From contig DATKTO010000026.1 of assembly GCA_035531075.1 (NCBI GenBank), positions 49,897-113,896 of the forward strand: 64,000 bases of DNA. Direction: 5' to 3'. The position numbers and the translations under genes are program-made. The stretch is from Gallionellaceae bacterium (lineage in GTDB: Bacteria; Pseudomonadota; Gammaproteobacteria; Burkholderiales; Gallionellaceae). Within the stretch, counting starts at the first letter, position 1, and each line of letters begins with the position of its first letter. Shown here piece by piece: positions 48,209 to 57,560 of this stretch. A model generated the notes under the pieces. The model saw only the letters and a program-made list of their open reading frames with translations. It did not search any database and was not told the origin of the DNA.

Positions 48209-48316
48209 ATATAAAGCCGAAATAGGTAAAACGCGCATTTTACGCCAGAAGAATTATCAGATGAACTAAAATTGGGCAGAGCCGCTCTTAAAATACGGGC
48301 AATAAGACGATTTCCG

Positions 48317-48332
48317 ATTCTCTGCAGAGAAT
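48317..48332. promoter_or_regulatory. Perfect 16-bp palindrome ATTCTCTGCAGAGAAT upstream of msrPQ
   Basis: Read directly. It ends 66 nt upstream of the msrP start, in the 189-bp gltX/msrP divergent region. Confidence 0.3.
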
Positions 48333-48397
48333 GACATTGGACATCGACCAAGCATTGAAACACTAACAATTACACATTAGACCCATAGGAGGTTGCC

Positions 48398-49363
48398 ATG
48401 CTTATCAAGAAACCCAGCGATATAAAATCATCTGAAATTACCAGTCAACAGGCATATCTGTCACGCCGTGACTTTATCAGCTCGTCTGCACACGCCCTGG
48501 GCGTCATTACTGCGGGCCTGGCAGCACCAGGTTTGCTATTGGGCAGTCAGGAAGCTGAGGCGAACACAACAAAACTAAGTGGTTTGCGTAAAAGTGTATT
48601 GAGCGCCAATGAGCCGTTGACGCCTTACAAGGATGTCACCACTTATAACAATTTCTATGAATTCGGTACGGATAAATATTCCCCTGCGCAATTGGCGGGC
48701 ACACTGAATCCTCACCCGTGGACCATCACCGTTGAAGGCGAAGTCAAAAAACCAAAGACCTACGATATCGATGCCTTGCTTAAACTCGCACCGCTGGAAG
48801 AGCGCATTTACCGCTTGCGCTGCGTAGAAGGCTGGTCCATGGTGATTCCCTGGGCAGGCTTCCCGCTGAGTGAATTGATCAAACAGGTACAGCCCAACGG
48901 AAATGCAAAATTTGTGGAATTCATCTCCCTGCACGATCCAAAACAAATGCCGGGACAACGCACCAGCGTGCTTGACTGGCCTTATGTGGAAGGATTGCGC
49001 ATGGATGAAGCCATGCACCCTCTTACCATCCTGGCATTGGGTCTGTATGGAGAGGTGCTGCCCAAGCAGAATGGCGCGCCGGTCAGACTGGTCGCCCCCT
49101 GGAAATATGGCTTTAAAGGTGCAAAATCCATCGTCAAAATTCGTTTTTCCTCGACCCCCATCGCCAGCTCATGGATGAAAGCCAATCCGAGCGAATATGG
49201 CTACTTTGCCAACGTCAATCCAAATGTCGATCACCCGCGCTGGAGCCAGGCCAGGGAACGCCGCATCGGTGAATTTTCAAAACGCGAAACCCTGATGTTC
49301 AATGGCTATGCCGAACAAGTCGCCCATATGTACAGCGGCATGGATTTGAAGAAATTCTATTAA
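48398..49363 (+). CDS. msrP: Protein-methionine-sulfoxide reductase, molybdopterin catalytic subunit
   Basis: 321 aa with a Tat signal ([15 protein letters not shown]) and a YedY-type sulfite-oxidase-fold sequence. Confidence 0.92.
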   Translation: MLIKKPSDIKSSEITSQQAYLSRRDFISSSAHALGVITAGLAAPGLLLGSQEAEANTTKLSGLRKSVLSANEPLTPYKDVTTYNNFYEFGTDKYSPAQLAGTLNPHPWTITVEGEVKKPKTYDIDALLKLAPLEERIYRLRCVEGWSMVIPWAGFPLSELIKQVQPNGNAKFVEFISLHDPKQMPGQRTSVLDWPYVEGLRMDEAMHPLTILALGLYGEVLPKQNGAPVRLVAPWKYGFKGAKSIVKIRFSSTPIASSWMKANPSEYGYFANVNPNVDHPRWSQARERRIGEFSKRETLMFNGYAEQVAHMYSGMDLKKFY

Positions 49364-49962
49364 TGAAATATTTTGTCCAGCTGAAAGCAGCGCTCTTCCT
49401 TGCCGGCCTTTTTCCGCTCCTGAGACTGGCCGGGCTAGCCTATTTCAGCCTGCTGGGCGCCAATCCGATCGAGTTCATCACACGCTCGCTCGGCACCTGG
49501 ACACTGGTATTGCTGCTGGTCACACTGTCCATTACTCCCCTGCGCCATATCAGCGGCTGGTCATGGCTGATCAGGCTGCGGCGCATGGCCGGTCTATTTG
49601 CATTCTTTTATGCCCTGCTGCACTTCATCACCTACATCTGGCTAGACCAGTTTTTTGACCTGAATGGCATCTACAAGGATGTCATCAAGCGGCCGTTTAT
49701 CACCATCGGCTTTACTGCTTTTGTCCTACTGGTACCGCTGGCCATCACCTCGACTAATGCGATGAGGAAAAAACTTGGCAGGCGCTGGCAGATGCTGCAC
49801 CGTCTGATTTATCCCATCGCCATTCTTGCAGTGCTGCATTACTGGCTGCTGGTGAAGCAGGACGTGACCCAACCGCTTATTTATGTAACAGTTCTCAGCG
49901 TTTTACTGGGTTACAGAGTATGGAGATACTCTTTAAACCGACGGTTCATGAAGAAAAGCTAA
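49363..49962 (+). CDS. msrQ: Protein-methionine-sulfoxide reductase, haem-binding membrane subunit
   Basis: 199 aa with a ferric-reductase-like TM domain. A 1-nt overlap (TAATG) couples it to msrP. Confidence 0.9.
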   Translation: MKYFVQLKAALFLAGLFPLLRLAGLAYFSLLGANPIEFITRSLGTWTLVLLLVTLSITPLRHISGWSWLIRLRRMAGLFAFFYALLHFITYIWLDQFFDLNGIYKDVIKRPFITIGFTAFVLLVPLAITSTNAMRKKLGRRWQMLHRLIYPIAILAVLHYWLLVKQDVTQPLIYVTVLSVLLGYRVWRYSLNRRFMKKS

Positions 49963-50444
49963 ACTCGCGTTATCAGTCGCCACTACAACTCCAATTGCGA
50001 GATCAAAAGCGCAGGGATTGACGATACCTTTATCTCTGCAACCCTCACTGTTGCATCTCTGGCTTCAGGCGGATCAGTCGAGCATTTTGACACTTGCAGT
50101 ATGCCTTGGGCTTATATGGCCGGTTACCAAACGTCTCGCACAACTGGCGCTAAAACACAAGTACCGCAAGGATTGTCTGCTTTTCCGGAAGCAGAGACTC
50201 CGGTCGCGCAAGACGGCCAGACTGGTCGCCCTGGCCGATTATTCCCCGATATCCTGCCTCGCCACACTGCATCATTAGCTTTCCAATACTTCACCCTGTT
50301 GCATAACTAAGGGTTTCCCTTATGTCCAATTAGGCAGTTTTCTTATATTTATTTCAAGGTGGCGGTATTAACCTTTCAATATAAGAAAACTGGGCTCCTT
50401 GATTAGTAGCCGGGTTTTCGATTTACAAATCCGGGAAGGCCAAT

Positions 50445-50711
50445 ATGTACGGACACTGGTACGACCACAATTGGATGTTTGGAGGAGGAATGCTGATTGG
50501 ATGGATTTGGATGGGCATGCTCTTCTTTATTCCCCTGTTCGTTATTTTTTATCTACTGAAACTTCTGCTTGGCAAAAGCATGGGTGATCGAAGCAAAAAA
50601 GAGATACCGGACATACCAACCCCACTCGACACTCTTAAGGGCAGCTATGCACGCGGTGAAATAAGCCGGGAGGAGTTTCTGCAAAAGCGGAATGATATTC
50701 TCGAAAAATAG
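50445..50711 (+). CDS. SHOCT-domain small membrane protein
   Basis: 88 aa with one TM region and a C-terminal LKGSYARGEISREEFLQKRNDIL (SHOCT). Confidence 0.7.
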   Translation: MYGHWYDHNWMFGGGMLIGWIWMGMLFFIPLFVIFYLLKLLLGKSMGDRSKKEIPDIPTPLDTLKGSYARGEISREEFLQKRNDILEK

Positions 50712-50770
50712 TGTTGTTATTCGCAAGCCAAAATTATTGTTCTACAGACTTTATCCGATAGGAGACTGAA

Positions 50771-51349
50771 ATGAAACAATCCACTCGCTTTGTTATGATA
50801 GTTGCAATCGCATACGCAGCCATGCTTGTTATTACCTCCCCCACGCTGATGGCGGCTGATCCCAAGGCACAAAATCCGTCAGGATACCCGCCATACTATA
50901 TGGGACCTGGAATGATGGGCGGTGGCTACGGCATGGGGCCCGGCATGATGTGGGACGGCAACCCTATGGGACGTCATATGGGACCCGGAATGATGGGGGG
51001 GTATGGCTATGGTGGCATGGGGCCCGGCATGATGGGCGGCAGAATGGGGCTTTTTGAAGCGCTGGATTTGACTGATGAGCAGCAAGCAAAAATCAATAAA
51101 ATCCAGGATGAAACACGCAAAACAAATTGGGCTCTGATGGGTGAAATAATGGATCAACAGTCTGAATTGCGTGATTTATACGCTGCTCCCAAACAAGATT
51201 CTGCAGCGATCGACAAAGCCTATAAAAAATTAGGCCAGATGCAGCAAAAAATGTATGACACAGGTGTGGAAGCGCAAAAACGTATGGAAGCCATTCTGAC
51301 CAAAGAACAACAGGAAAAACTACGCAAGTATTCACGCAGGGGATGGTGA
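50771..51349 (+). CDS. Periplasmic Spy/CpxP/ZraP-family protein with a Met/Gly-rich repeat region
   Basis: 192 aa with a signal peptide and four MGPGMM units (aa 44-93). The C-terminal helical part LTDEQQAKINKIQDE..LTKEQQEKLRK carries the LTxxQ motifs of the Spy/CpxP family. Confidence 0.75.
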   Translation: MKQSTRFVMIVAIAYAAMLVITSPTLMAADPKAQNPSGYPPYYMGPGMMGGGYGMGPGMMWDGNPMGRHMGPGMMGGYGYGGMGPGMMGGRMGLFEALDLTDEQQAKINKIQDETRKTNWALMGEIMDQQSELRDLYAAPKQDSAAIDKAYKKLGQMQQKMYDTGVEAQKRMEAILTKEQQEKLRKYSRRGW

Positions 51350-51407
51350 ACCCTGAACAGTTAGCCGATTCTTTGGATCAATTCCTCATGCCAGATTGGA
51401 GACTTTC

Positions 51408-51848
51408 ATGTACCAACGTATTCTGGTTCCAATTAATGGTAGCTCGACTTCTGAACGAGCTTTGCAGGAAGCAATCAAACTGGCCGACGGCAAGGCTCAA
51501 TTGCGCCTGGTATATGTGCTTGAAGAAATTTTACCGATTGGCGCCGAGGGGTATGAATACGTAAATAGTGTAGCCATGCAAAAAGCTGCGCGCAAAGCTG
51601 CTGAAAAAACACTCGCTGAGGCTGCTGAAAAAGTACAACAATCCGGGGCCTCAGCGGAAATCACTCTGCTTGATGATCTTGGTCAGGGTGTGGTCGATGT
51701 CATCAATAACGAAGCACAAAACTGTTCAGCTGACTTGATCGTCATTGGAACTCACGGTCGAACCGGTTTAACTCGACTGTTGTTAGGCAGCGTTGCAGAG
51801 GGCGTAGTGCGTGAATCGTCCGTCCCTGTATTGTTGATCCGCGCGTAA
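51408..51848 (+). CDS. uspA: Universal stress protein
   Basis: Start set at ATG 51408, behind GGAG ([12 protein letters not shown]). The C-terminal ATP motif is [19 protein letters not shown]. Confidence 0.88.
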   Translation: MYQRILVPINGSSTSERALQEAIKLADGKAQLRLVYVLEEILPIGAEGYEYVNSVAMQKAARKAAEKTLAEAAEKVQQSGASAEITLLDDLGQGVVDVINNEAQNCSADLIVIGTHGRTGLTRLLLGSVAEGVVRESSVPVLLIRA

Positions 51849-52043
51849 TCCGGAATTGAGGATTATTTATTTCTTGAATTTCTTCCTATGAATAACCTTC
51901 CTCGATCATCGTCGACACACTTCGCCGGCACTCTTGGCCCCGTTTCACTTGCCATAACGCCATAACAAGCAGACTTACAGTTGATTGATGCAGTCATTCA
52001 GCATTGAAACAGTGACAGCAACATGATTAAACCTCCCTCCAAT

Positions 52044-52817
52044 CTAGATTCTGCTCTTCTTGATCAAGTCATAAGCGGCCTGCACTTCCTGTGCTTGCGC
52101 CGTTGCCACTGCAATCATATCTTCCGGCACTCCCTGCCCCATTAATTTGTCAGGATGGTATTGGCTCATTAATTTTCTATATGCACGCTTCACTTCCTGC
52201 TCGCTGCTGTCCTTGTTTACACCCAGTGCCTTATAGGCATCATCCAGGCCGCTACCACTGCCTGCCTGACCGCCCGCAAAGTGTGCCTGGTTAATCACCA
52301 TTGCCAGAATTTGTCTGAATGCTTCTTGGCTATATCCAAGATACTGGGCAATTTCTTTGAGCAGACTTTCTTCCGCAGGGTCAATATTTCCATCTGCCAA
52401 GGCCATCACGATCAGATAAACCAGCAACATTTGCCTCAAGCTGTTTGTGTGTCCACAAACAGCCATAAATTCATTCAAGACCGGCCTGATATCAAAGTCT
52501 TGCGCCGCGCCTTTTTTAAACAGCGCAATTGACTGCTGCCTGTGCTCAGGGCTCATTCCCAGCTTTTGAAAGAGCTGTTCAACATGGGATATTTCATTTT
52601 GCGAAATATGCCCGTCTGCCTTGGCAATTTTGCCCATCAAAATAAATACAGTACCCAGAAATACAGATTGGCGATGTGCACGACTTAGCGGGTTTACCCC
52701 CCCTATGCCATAGGATATGGAACGATCAACCATGCTTCCGAAGAAAAATGCGGCTAAGGCTCCAAAAAAGCCAAAAAAGTAAAAACCCAAAACGGCACCA
52801 ATTAACTTAAACAACAC
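52044..52817 (-). CDS. djlA: Co-chaperone DjlA
   Basis: 257 aa with an N-terminal TM helix, a TerB-like middle and a C-terminal J domain with HPD (YRKLMSQYHPDKL). Confidence 0.9.
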   Translation of the reverse strand: MLFKLIGAVLGFYFFGFFGALAAFFFGSMVDRSISYGIGGVNPLSRAHRQSVFLGTVFILMGKIAKADGHISQNEISHVEQLFQKLGMSPEHRQQSIALFKKGAAQDFDIRPVLNEFMAVCGHTNSLRQMLLVYLIVMALADGNIDPAEESLLKEIAQYLGYSQEAFRQILAMVINQAHFAGGQAGSGSGLDDAYKALGVNKDSSEQEVKRAYRKLMSQYHPDKLMGQGVPEDMIAVATAQAQEVQAAYDLIKKSRI

Positions 52818-52918
52818 AACTCCTTATTGAATAAAAAAAACAAACGATATGGCATAATTATTACGGCTGCGACACGTCATAATATTGAATATAATCAACA
52901 AAATGAACGAATACCCAA

Positions 52919-54139
52919 TTACTGAAAACGCAGCGCATCTATCGGACGCAGCATGGATGCCTTGCGTGCCGGATACCAGCCGAAAAATATACCAACCCCT
53001 CCAGCCACCACAAAGGCAGTGACAATAGAGGTGATGGTGACCACCACCGACATGCCGGTAATCACGCTCACTGCGTAAGCACCTCCCACACCGAGCAGCA
53101 CCCCTATCAGGCAGCCGATAATGGAGATAATGATCGCTTCCAGCAGGAATTGCAGCAGGATGTCCTTGCCGCGTGCGCCGATGGCCATGCGGATGCCGAT
53201 CTCGCGGGTGCGTTCGGTCACCGAGACTAGCATGATGTTCATGATGCCGATGCCGCCCACCAGCAGCGAGATAGATGCAATCGCACCCAGCATCAGCGAC
53301 ATCACCTGGGCGGTCTCTGCTGCGGTATTCGCCATGGCTGTCAGGTTGCGCACGGTGAAATCATTTTCAGCGCCTTCACGAATGCGATGACGCTGGCGCA
53401 GTAACTCGTTGATGGATTTTTCCACCTGCGGCATCACCTCTGCCGACTCGGCCTGAGTCATGATGAATCTCACCGAGCCGGCAAACTGACTGCCGAACAA
53501 TTTACGTTGCGCGGTGGTCACCGGCACCAGCACCGTGTCATCCTGATCGCGCCCGTCCAGGCTCTGGCCCTTGGCTGCCAGCACGCCCAGCACGACATAG
53601 GGACTATTTTTGATGCGTATGGTCTTGTCTACCGGGTCCTCATCAGCGAACAGATTCTGCGCCACGGTCTGTCCCAGCAGCGCTACGCGCGTTGCTGAAC
53701 GGATGTCCGAGTCGGTGAAAGGTATGCCTGACGCAAGACGCCAGTCGCGCACGGTGAGGTAGCTGGGCGTGGTGCCTATCACCTGCGTGCTCCAGTTGTT
53801 GGAGCCGTAAACCAGTTGCGCTGTACCAGGTGCGGAGGGAGCGGCGGCTGCGACCAGTGGCAATTCTTCAATGCTGAGTGCATCGTCCACGGTTAGAGAA
53901 GGCGCAGCTCCGCCCCCCATGCGCAACCCGCCGGAAGTGGTAGAGCCGGAAAGAATAATGAACAGGTTGCTGCCCATCGCGGCGATCGAAGCCTGGACCT
54001 GTTGTTGCGCCCCCTGCCCCACGGCCAGCATCAAAATCACAGCACCTACGCCGATAACCATGCCGAGCATAGTGAGGATGGTGCGCAGACGGTTGGCCCA
54101 CATTGCCATCCAGGCTTCGCTGAGCATGGCGAGCATCAT
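52919..54139 (-). CDS. ABC transporter permease, MacB/FtsX type
   Basis: 406 aa with an N-terminal TM helix, a large periplasmic domain and three C-terminal TM helices (FtsX fold). A 4-nt overlap links it to the ATPase gene. Confidence 0.88.
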   Translation of the reverse strand: MMLAMLSEAWMAMWANRLRTILTMLGMVIGVGAVILMLAVGQGAQQQVQASIAAMGSNLFIILSGSTTSGGLRMGGGAAPSLTVDDALSIEELPLVAAAAPSAPGTAQLVYGSNNWSTQVIGTTPSYLTVRDWRLASGIPFTDSDIRSATRVALLGQTVAQNLFADEDPVDKTIRIKNSPYVVLGVLAAKGQSLDGRDQDDTVLVPVTTAQRKLFGSQFAGSVRFIMTQAESAEVMPQVEKSINELLRQRHRIREGAENDFTVRNLTAMANTAAETAQVMSLMLGAIASISLLVGGIGIMNIMLVSVTERTREIGIRMAIGARGKDILLQFLLEAIIISIIGCLIGVLLGVGGAYAVSVITGMSVVVTITSIVTAFVVAGGVGIFFGWYPARKASMLRPIDALRFQ

Positions 54140-54876
54140 GCCGTTGCACCCGTATGAGCATGGTAAGGATCTTGAGCCACAGGACCATCGTAGACCACGC
54201 GTCCATCCGCCAGCCGGACCAGGCGCTGGGCGTAAGCGGCAATATCTGCTTCATGGGTAATGAGAACAATGGTGATGCCATCGCGTTTATTCAGTTCACT
54301 GAAAAACGCCATGATCTCCTTGCTGGTGTGCGTATCAAGATTACCGGTAGGCTCGTCTGCCAGCAGCAACTTGGGTTGATTAACCAGTGCTCGTGCAATG
54401 GCGACACGTTGTTGCTGGCCGCCGGAAATCTGGTTGGGGCGCGACAGATGATATTTACCCAGGCCGACTTTCTCCAGCATCACGTTGGCCTGCCTGAGGC
54501 GCTCGGCTCGCGAGATGCCACGATAGATCAGGGGCAGTGCCACATTTTCTTCAAGGTTGGCGCGCGGCAGCAGATTGAAACCCTGAAACACGAAGCCGAT
54601 TACCTGATTGCGCAGCAGCGCCAGTTCATCGCGACTCTGATGCTGCACATTGCGTCCGTTCAGGAGATAGCTGCCACTGCTGGCCACATCGAGGCAGCCC
54701 AGAATATTCATGAAGGTCGATTTGCCAGAGCCCGACGGCCCCATGATGGCGACGAACTCGCCGGGCATCACGGAAAATGATACGTCATGCAATACCGGCA
54801 CTGCACCGGCATCAGTGATGTAGCTCTTGCACAACCGCTCAATTTTAATAACCTCTTCAGTCATTTGGCTTGTCAC
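54136..54876 (-). CDS. ABC transporter ATP-binding protein, MacB/LolD type
   Basis: 246 aa with GPSGSGKST, LSGGQQQRVAIARAL and LLLADEPTGNLD. Confidence 0.92.
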   Translation of the reverse strand: MTSQMTEEVIKIERLCKSYITDAGAVPVLHDVSFSVMPGEFVAIMGPSGSGKSTFMNILGCLDVASSGSYLLNGRNVQHQSRDELALLRNQVIGFVFQGFNLLPRANLEENVALPLIYRGISRAERLRQANVMLEKVGLGKYHLSRPNQISGGQQQRVAIARALVNQPKLLLADEPTGNLDTHTSKEIMAFFSELNKRDGITIVLITHEADIAAYAQRLVRLADGRVVYDGPVAQDPYHAHTGATA

Positions 54877-56090
54877 TAGAAAAGTCTCAAACCTGAGCTG
54901 CCTGATTTTTTAGTGGACGCCTGGCGGTCTTCCAGGATGACGACGGCGCCTTCCCCGATGTCAGCACCGAGCACTTCAGTATTACGATTATCTGTGATGC
55001 CGACAGCAAATCGAATTGCTTTAGGTTGGCCGTTTTCAAGGACATAAACTGTCCCCATAGGCGTGACATCAGGCTTGTTGCGTTCACGCCTGTCTCCACC
55101 CTGGCCCGCGGATGTACTATTTGTGCCCGACTTTTCCGCCCGGCTTACTGCGTCAGCAGGGCGGAAGCGTAGGGCGGCATTGGGCACCATCACCACGTCC
55201 TTGCGCTGCGCAAGGATGATGTTCACATAGGCTGTCATGCCAGGCAACAGCGACTGGTCGGCATTATCAACCGACACCACGACGTTATAGGTCACCACGT
55301 TCTGCTGGGTGGTGGGGTTAAGTCGTACCTGATGCACCACACCCTGAAAACTGCGATTGGGGAATGCATCCACCCTGAAATTTGCCTTCTGTCCAACATG
55401 GATGCTGCCCACGTCTGCCTCGGCATAGCTGGTGTCTATCTGCATCTTGCTCAGGTTTTGTGCAATCTTGAACAGGGTCGGTGTTTGAAAACTCGCCGCC
55501 ACGGTCTGCCCGGTATTCACTTCACGCGATACAACCACCCCGGAGACCGGCGAGCGTATCACCGTGTAGGATAGATTGGTGCGGTCGCGCTTGGCCTGTG
55601 CCTCATAGACGGCAAGTTGCGCTCGGGCCGATTTTAGCGCCTGCACAGCCTGATCCAGTTCCAGCCGGGTGACATACTCCTGTGCATAAAGCCCACGCGT
55701 ACGCGCTTCATTGGCTTGTGCAAGCTCCAGCGTTGCATGTGCATTTTCCACGTTGGCAGTGCTTTGCTGCAGCTGCGCTTCTATCAGCGCCGGGTCCAGT
55801 TCCAGCAAAATCTGTCCGGCCCTTACGTGATCATTAAAATCCGCATAAATTTTCTTCACGATGCCGGATACCTGGCTTCCCACATTCACCAAGGTGACCG
55901 GATTAAGCGTGCCATTCGCCGACACGGTTTGCGTGATCGCACCGCGCTCGGTGGTGGCAGTAACATAGCGACTTTCCGCTGTCATTTTTGCGGGCATCAG
56001 CCTCCAAACAGCAAGACCTGCTGCAAGAAGCAGGGCCAGTGTGATCAGAAGAGGTTTTTTCTGCAACAGATTATTCAGCGGTAATTTCAT
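54876..56090 (-). CDS. Periplasmic adaptor (membrane fusion) protein, MacA/HlyD type
   Basis: It has an N-terminal TM helix, a coiled-coil hairpin, a lipoyl/beta-barrel pattern and a C-terminal ..GSSGLRLF. I chose the start at ATG 56090; the track's TTG at 56126 is an alternative. Confidence 0.85.
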   Translation of the reverse strand: MKLPLNNLLQKKPLLITLALLLAAGLAVWRLMPAKMTAESRYVTATTERGAITQTVSANGTLNPVTLVNVGSQVSGIVKKIYADFNDHVRAGQILLELDPALIEAQLQQSTANVENAHATLELAQANEARTRGLYAQEYVTRLELDQAVQALKSARAQLAVYEAQAKRDRTNLSYTVIRSPVSGVVVSREVNTGQTVAASFQTPTLFKIAQNLSKMQIDTSYAEADVGSIHVGQKANFRVDAFPNRSFQGVVHQVRLNPTTQQNVVTYNVVVSVDNADQSLLPGMTAYVNIILAQRKDVVMVPNAALRFRPADAVSRAEKSGTNSTSAGQGGDRRERNKPDVTPMGTVYVLENGQPKAIRFAVGITDNRNTEVLGADIGEGAVVILEDRQASTKKSGSSGLRLF

Positions 56091-56112
56091 TTTTAAATTT
56101 CGAACAATTTGC

Positions 56113-57519
56113 CTAGGGAATACCAATACTGCGTTCTTGCCGGAATTGGTTGTTAACAGATATTTGCGTCAGGTCGAGCTGGCCGATTGCCTGTGCCAGT
56201 ACAAAACGGCTGAGCAAAAAATTATATAACGCCGCGACCCGTTGTTGGCGGGCATTGGCCAGGGCGCTCTGCGCCGAAAGTGTATCCAGTATATTGCCTA
56301 CTCCCGCCTTGTAGCGCCCGAGTATCATCTTCTCGGATTCGGTAGCGGCGGTAACCAGATCATCGGCCGAGCGTAATGCCTGGCTGTTGGTCAGCATACC
56401 CTGGTAGGCTTTCCATACGTCCAGTGCAATCTGGTTGGCCAGACGGTCGCGTTCCGCAACTTTGCCTTCAATCTGTGCCTCGGCAGCGCGCGCCTGGTAG
56501 GTAGTTTTGAAGCCGGAAAACAGCGGCATGCTCAAGGTTATGCCTATACTGTTACTTTGAATCTCGGGATTCGAAAGGCCAGCCATCGCGCCCACAGTGA
56601 TCGTGGGCCTTCCGCTGGCTTTGCTTGACTGAAGCTGTGCTTCGGCTGCCTTGATCTGTGACTCTGCAGCCGCCAAGTCTGGGCGCTTTTGGCGCGCTTC
56701 CGCGATCAGCTTGCCGATATCCTGCTCGATCACCGGGTCAGGCGTTTCTTCCGCTACAGCCTGCAGCATGTAAGGCTGGGATGCATCAAAACCCATGATA
56801 GTTGCCAGCGTGCCTTGTGCATTGCTTGCCTCCCCCTCGCCCCGGATGCGATTGAGCTTCGCTTGCGACAAGGTGGTTTGCGCCTGCAAGCGATCGACCG
56901 GCGTTGCGACACCCGCCTGATAACGGGCCTGAGCTGCTGCCAGACTTTCCTGAGCCTTCAGCTCGTCGACTTGAAATGACTGCACACTGGCACGGGACGA
57001 TAGCAGCGCGTAATAGGCTTGTACGGCGCTCAGAAAGCTGCTTTGCAGCGTCGCATCGCGGCTGGCATTGGCCGCGATCAACAATTGTTTGGCATTTTCC
57101 AGCGTGGCGGAGCGTCCGCCAAAGTCATACAGCAGATAACTGGCAGACAGGCTGGCAGTCTGGCTGAGGGTGTCCACGGAGGGTTGATTAGCTGTTTGAG
57201 ATTTGTTGTTGGACACACTGCCCAGTGCAGACAGCGTGGGCAGATAAGCTGCAGTACTTACGCCAATCTGCGCCGCCTGCAGCCTGGCACTCGCCCATAA
57301 TGCGCGCGTTTGCGGGTTATTACACAGGGCCAGATCGACCACATCCGTCAGCGTTAGCGGGGAAAGTATTTTTTCTTTGGCACAGTGATCAACATCAACT
57401 GCCTGATCCAGAGGCCCATACTCAATCATAGCCTCCGTTGAAAACGGATCGATCGCCATCGCCTTCAGTGGCACGATCATGGCGACGTACATGAGGAATG
57501 CTACAAGGTGGGGTCGCAC
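56113..57519 (-). CDS. TolC-family outer-membrane efflux protein
   Basis: 468 aa with a signal peptide, no lipobox and two OEP repeats with long helical segments. Confidence 0.85.
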   Translation of the reverse strand: MRPHLVAFLMYVAMIVPLKAMAIDPFSTEAMIEYGPLDQAVDVDHCAKEKILSPLTLTDVVDLALCNNPQTRALWASARLQAAQIGVSTAAYLPTLSALGSVSNNKSQTANQPSVDTLSQTASLSASYLLYDFGGRSATLENAKQLLIAANASRDATLQSSFLSAVQAYYALLSSRASVQSFQVDELKAQESLAAAQARYQAGVATPVDRLQAQTTLSQAKLNRIRGEGEASNAQGTLATIMGFDASQPYMLQAVAEETPDPVIEQDIGKLIAEARQKRPDLAAAESQIKAAEAQLQSSKASGRPTITVGAMAGLSNPEIQSNSIGITLSMPLFSGFKTTYQARAAEAQIEGKVAERDRLANQIALDVWKAYQGMLTNSQALRSADDLVTAATESEKMILGRYKAGVGNILDTLSAQSALANARQQRVAALYNFLLSRFVLAQAIGQLDLTQISVNNQFRQERSIGIP

Positions 57520-57560
57520 AGTAATATTCTCAACAAAATTACAAAATGGCTGCGCCCGGA

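Noticed and set aside
49963-50444. 480-bp stretch with only short ORFs (50018-50278, 50101-50310, both plus strand). I also read the minus-strand frames looking for a degraded regulator or transposase.
   Set aside because: No frame gave a recognisable motif, there is no RBS context, and all frames contain stops. I leave it as unassigned intergenic DNA that may hold promoters for the SHOCT/Spy-like genes. Only a database search could reveal a relic.
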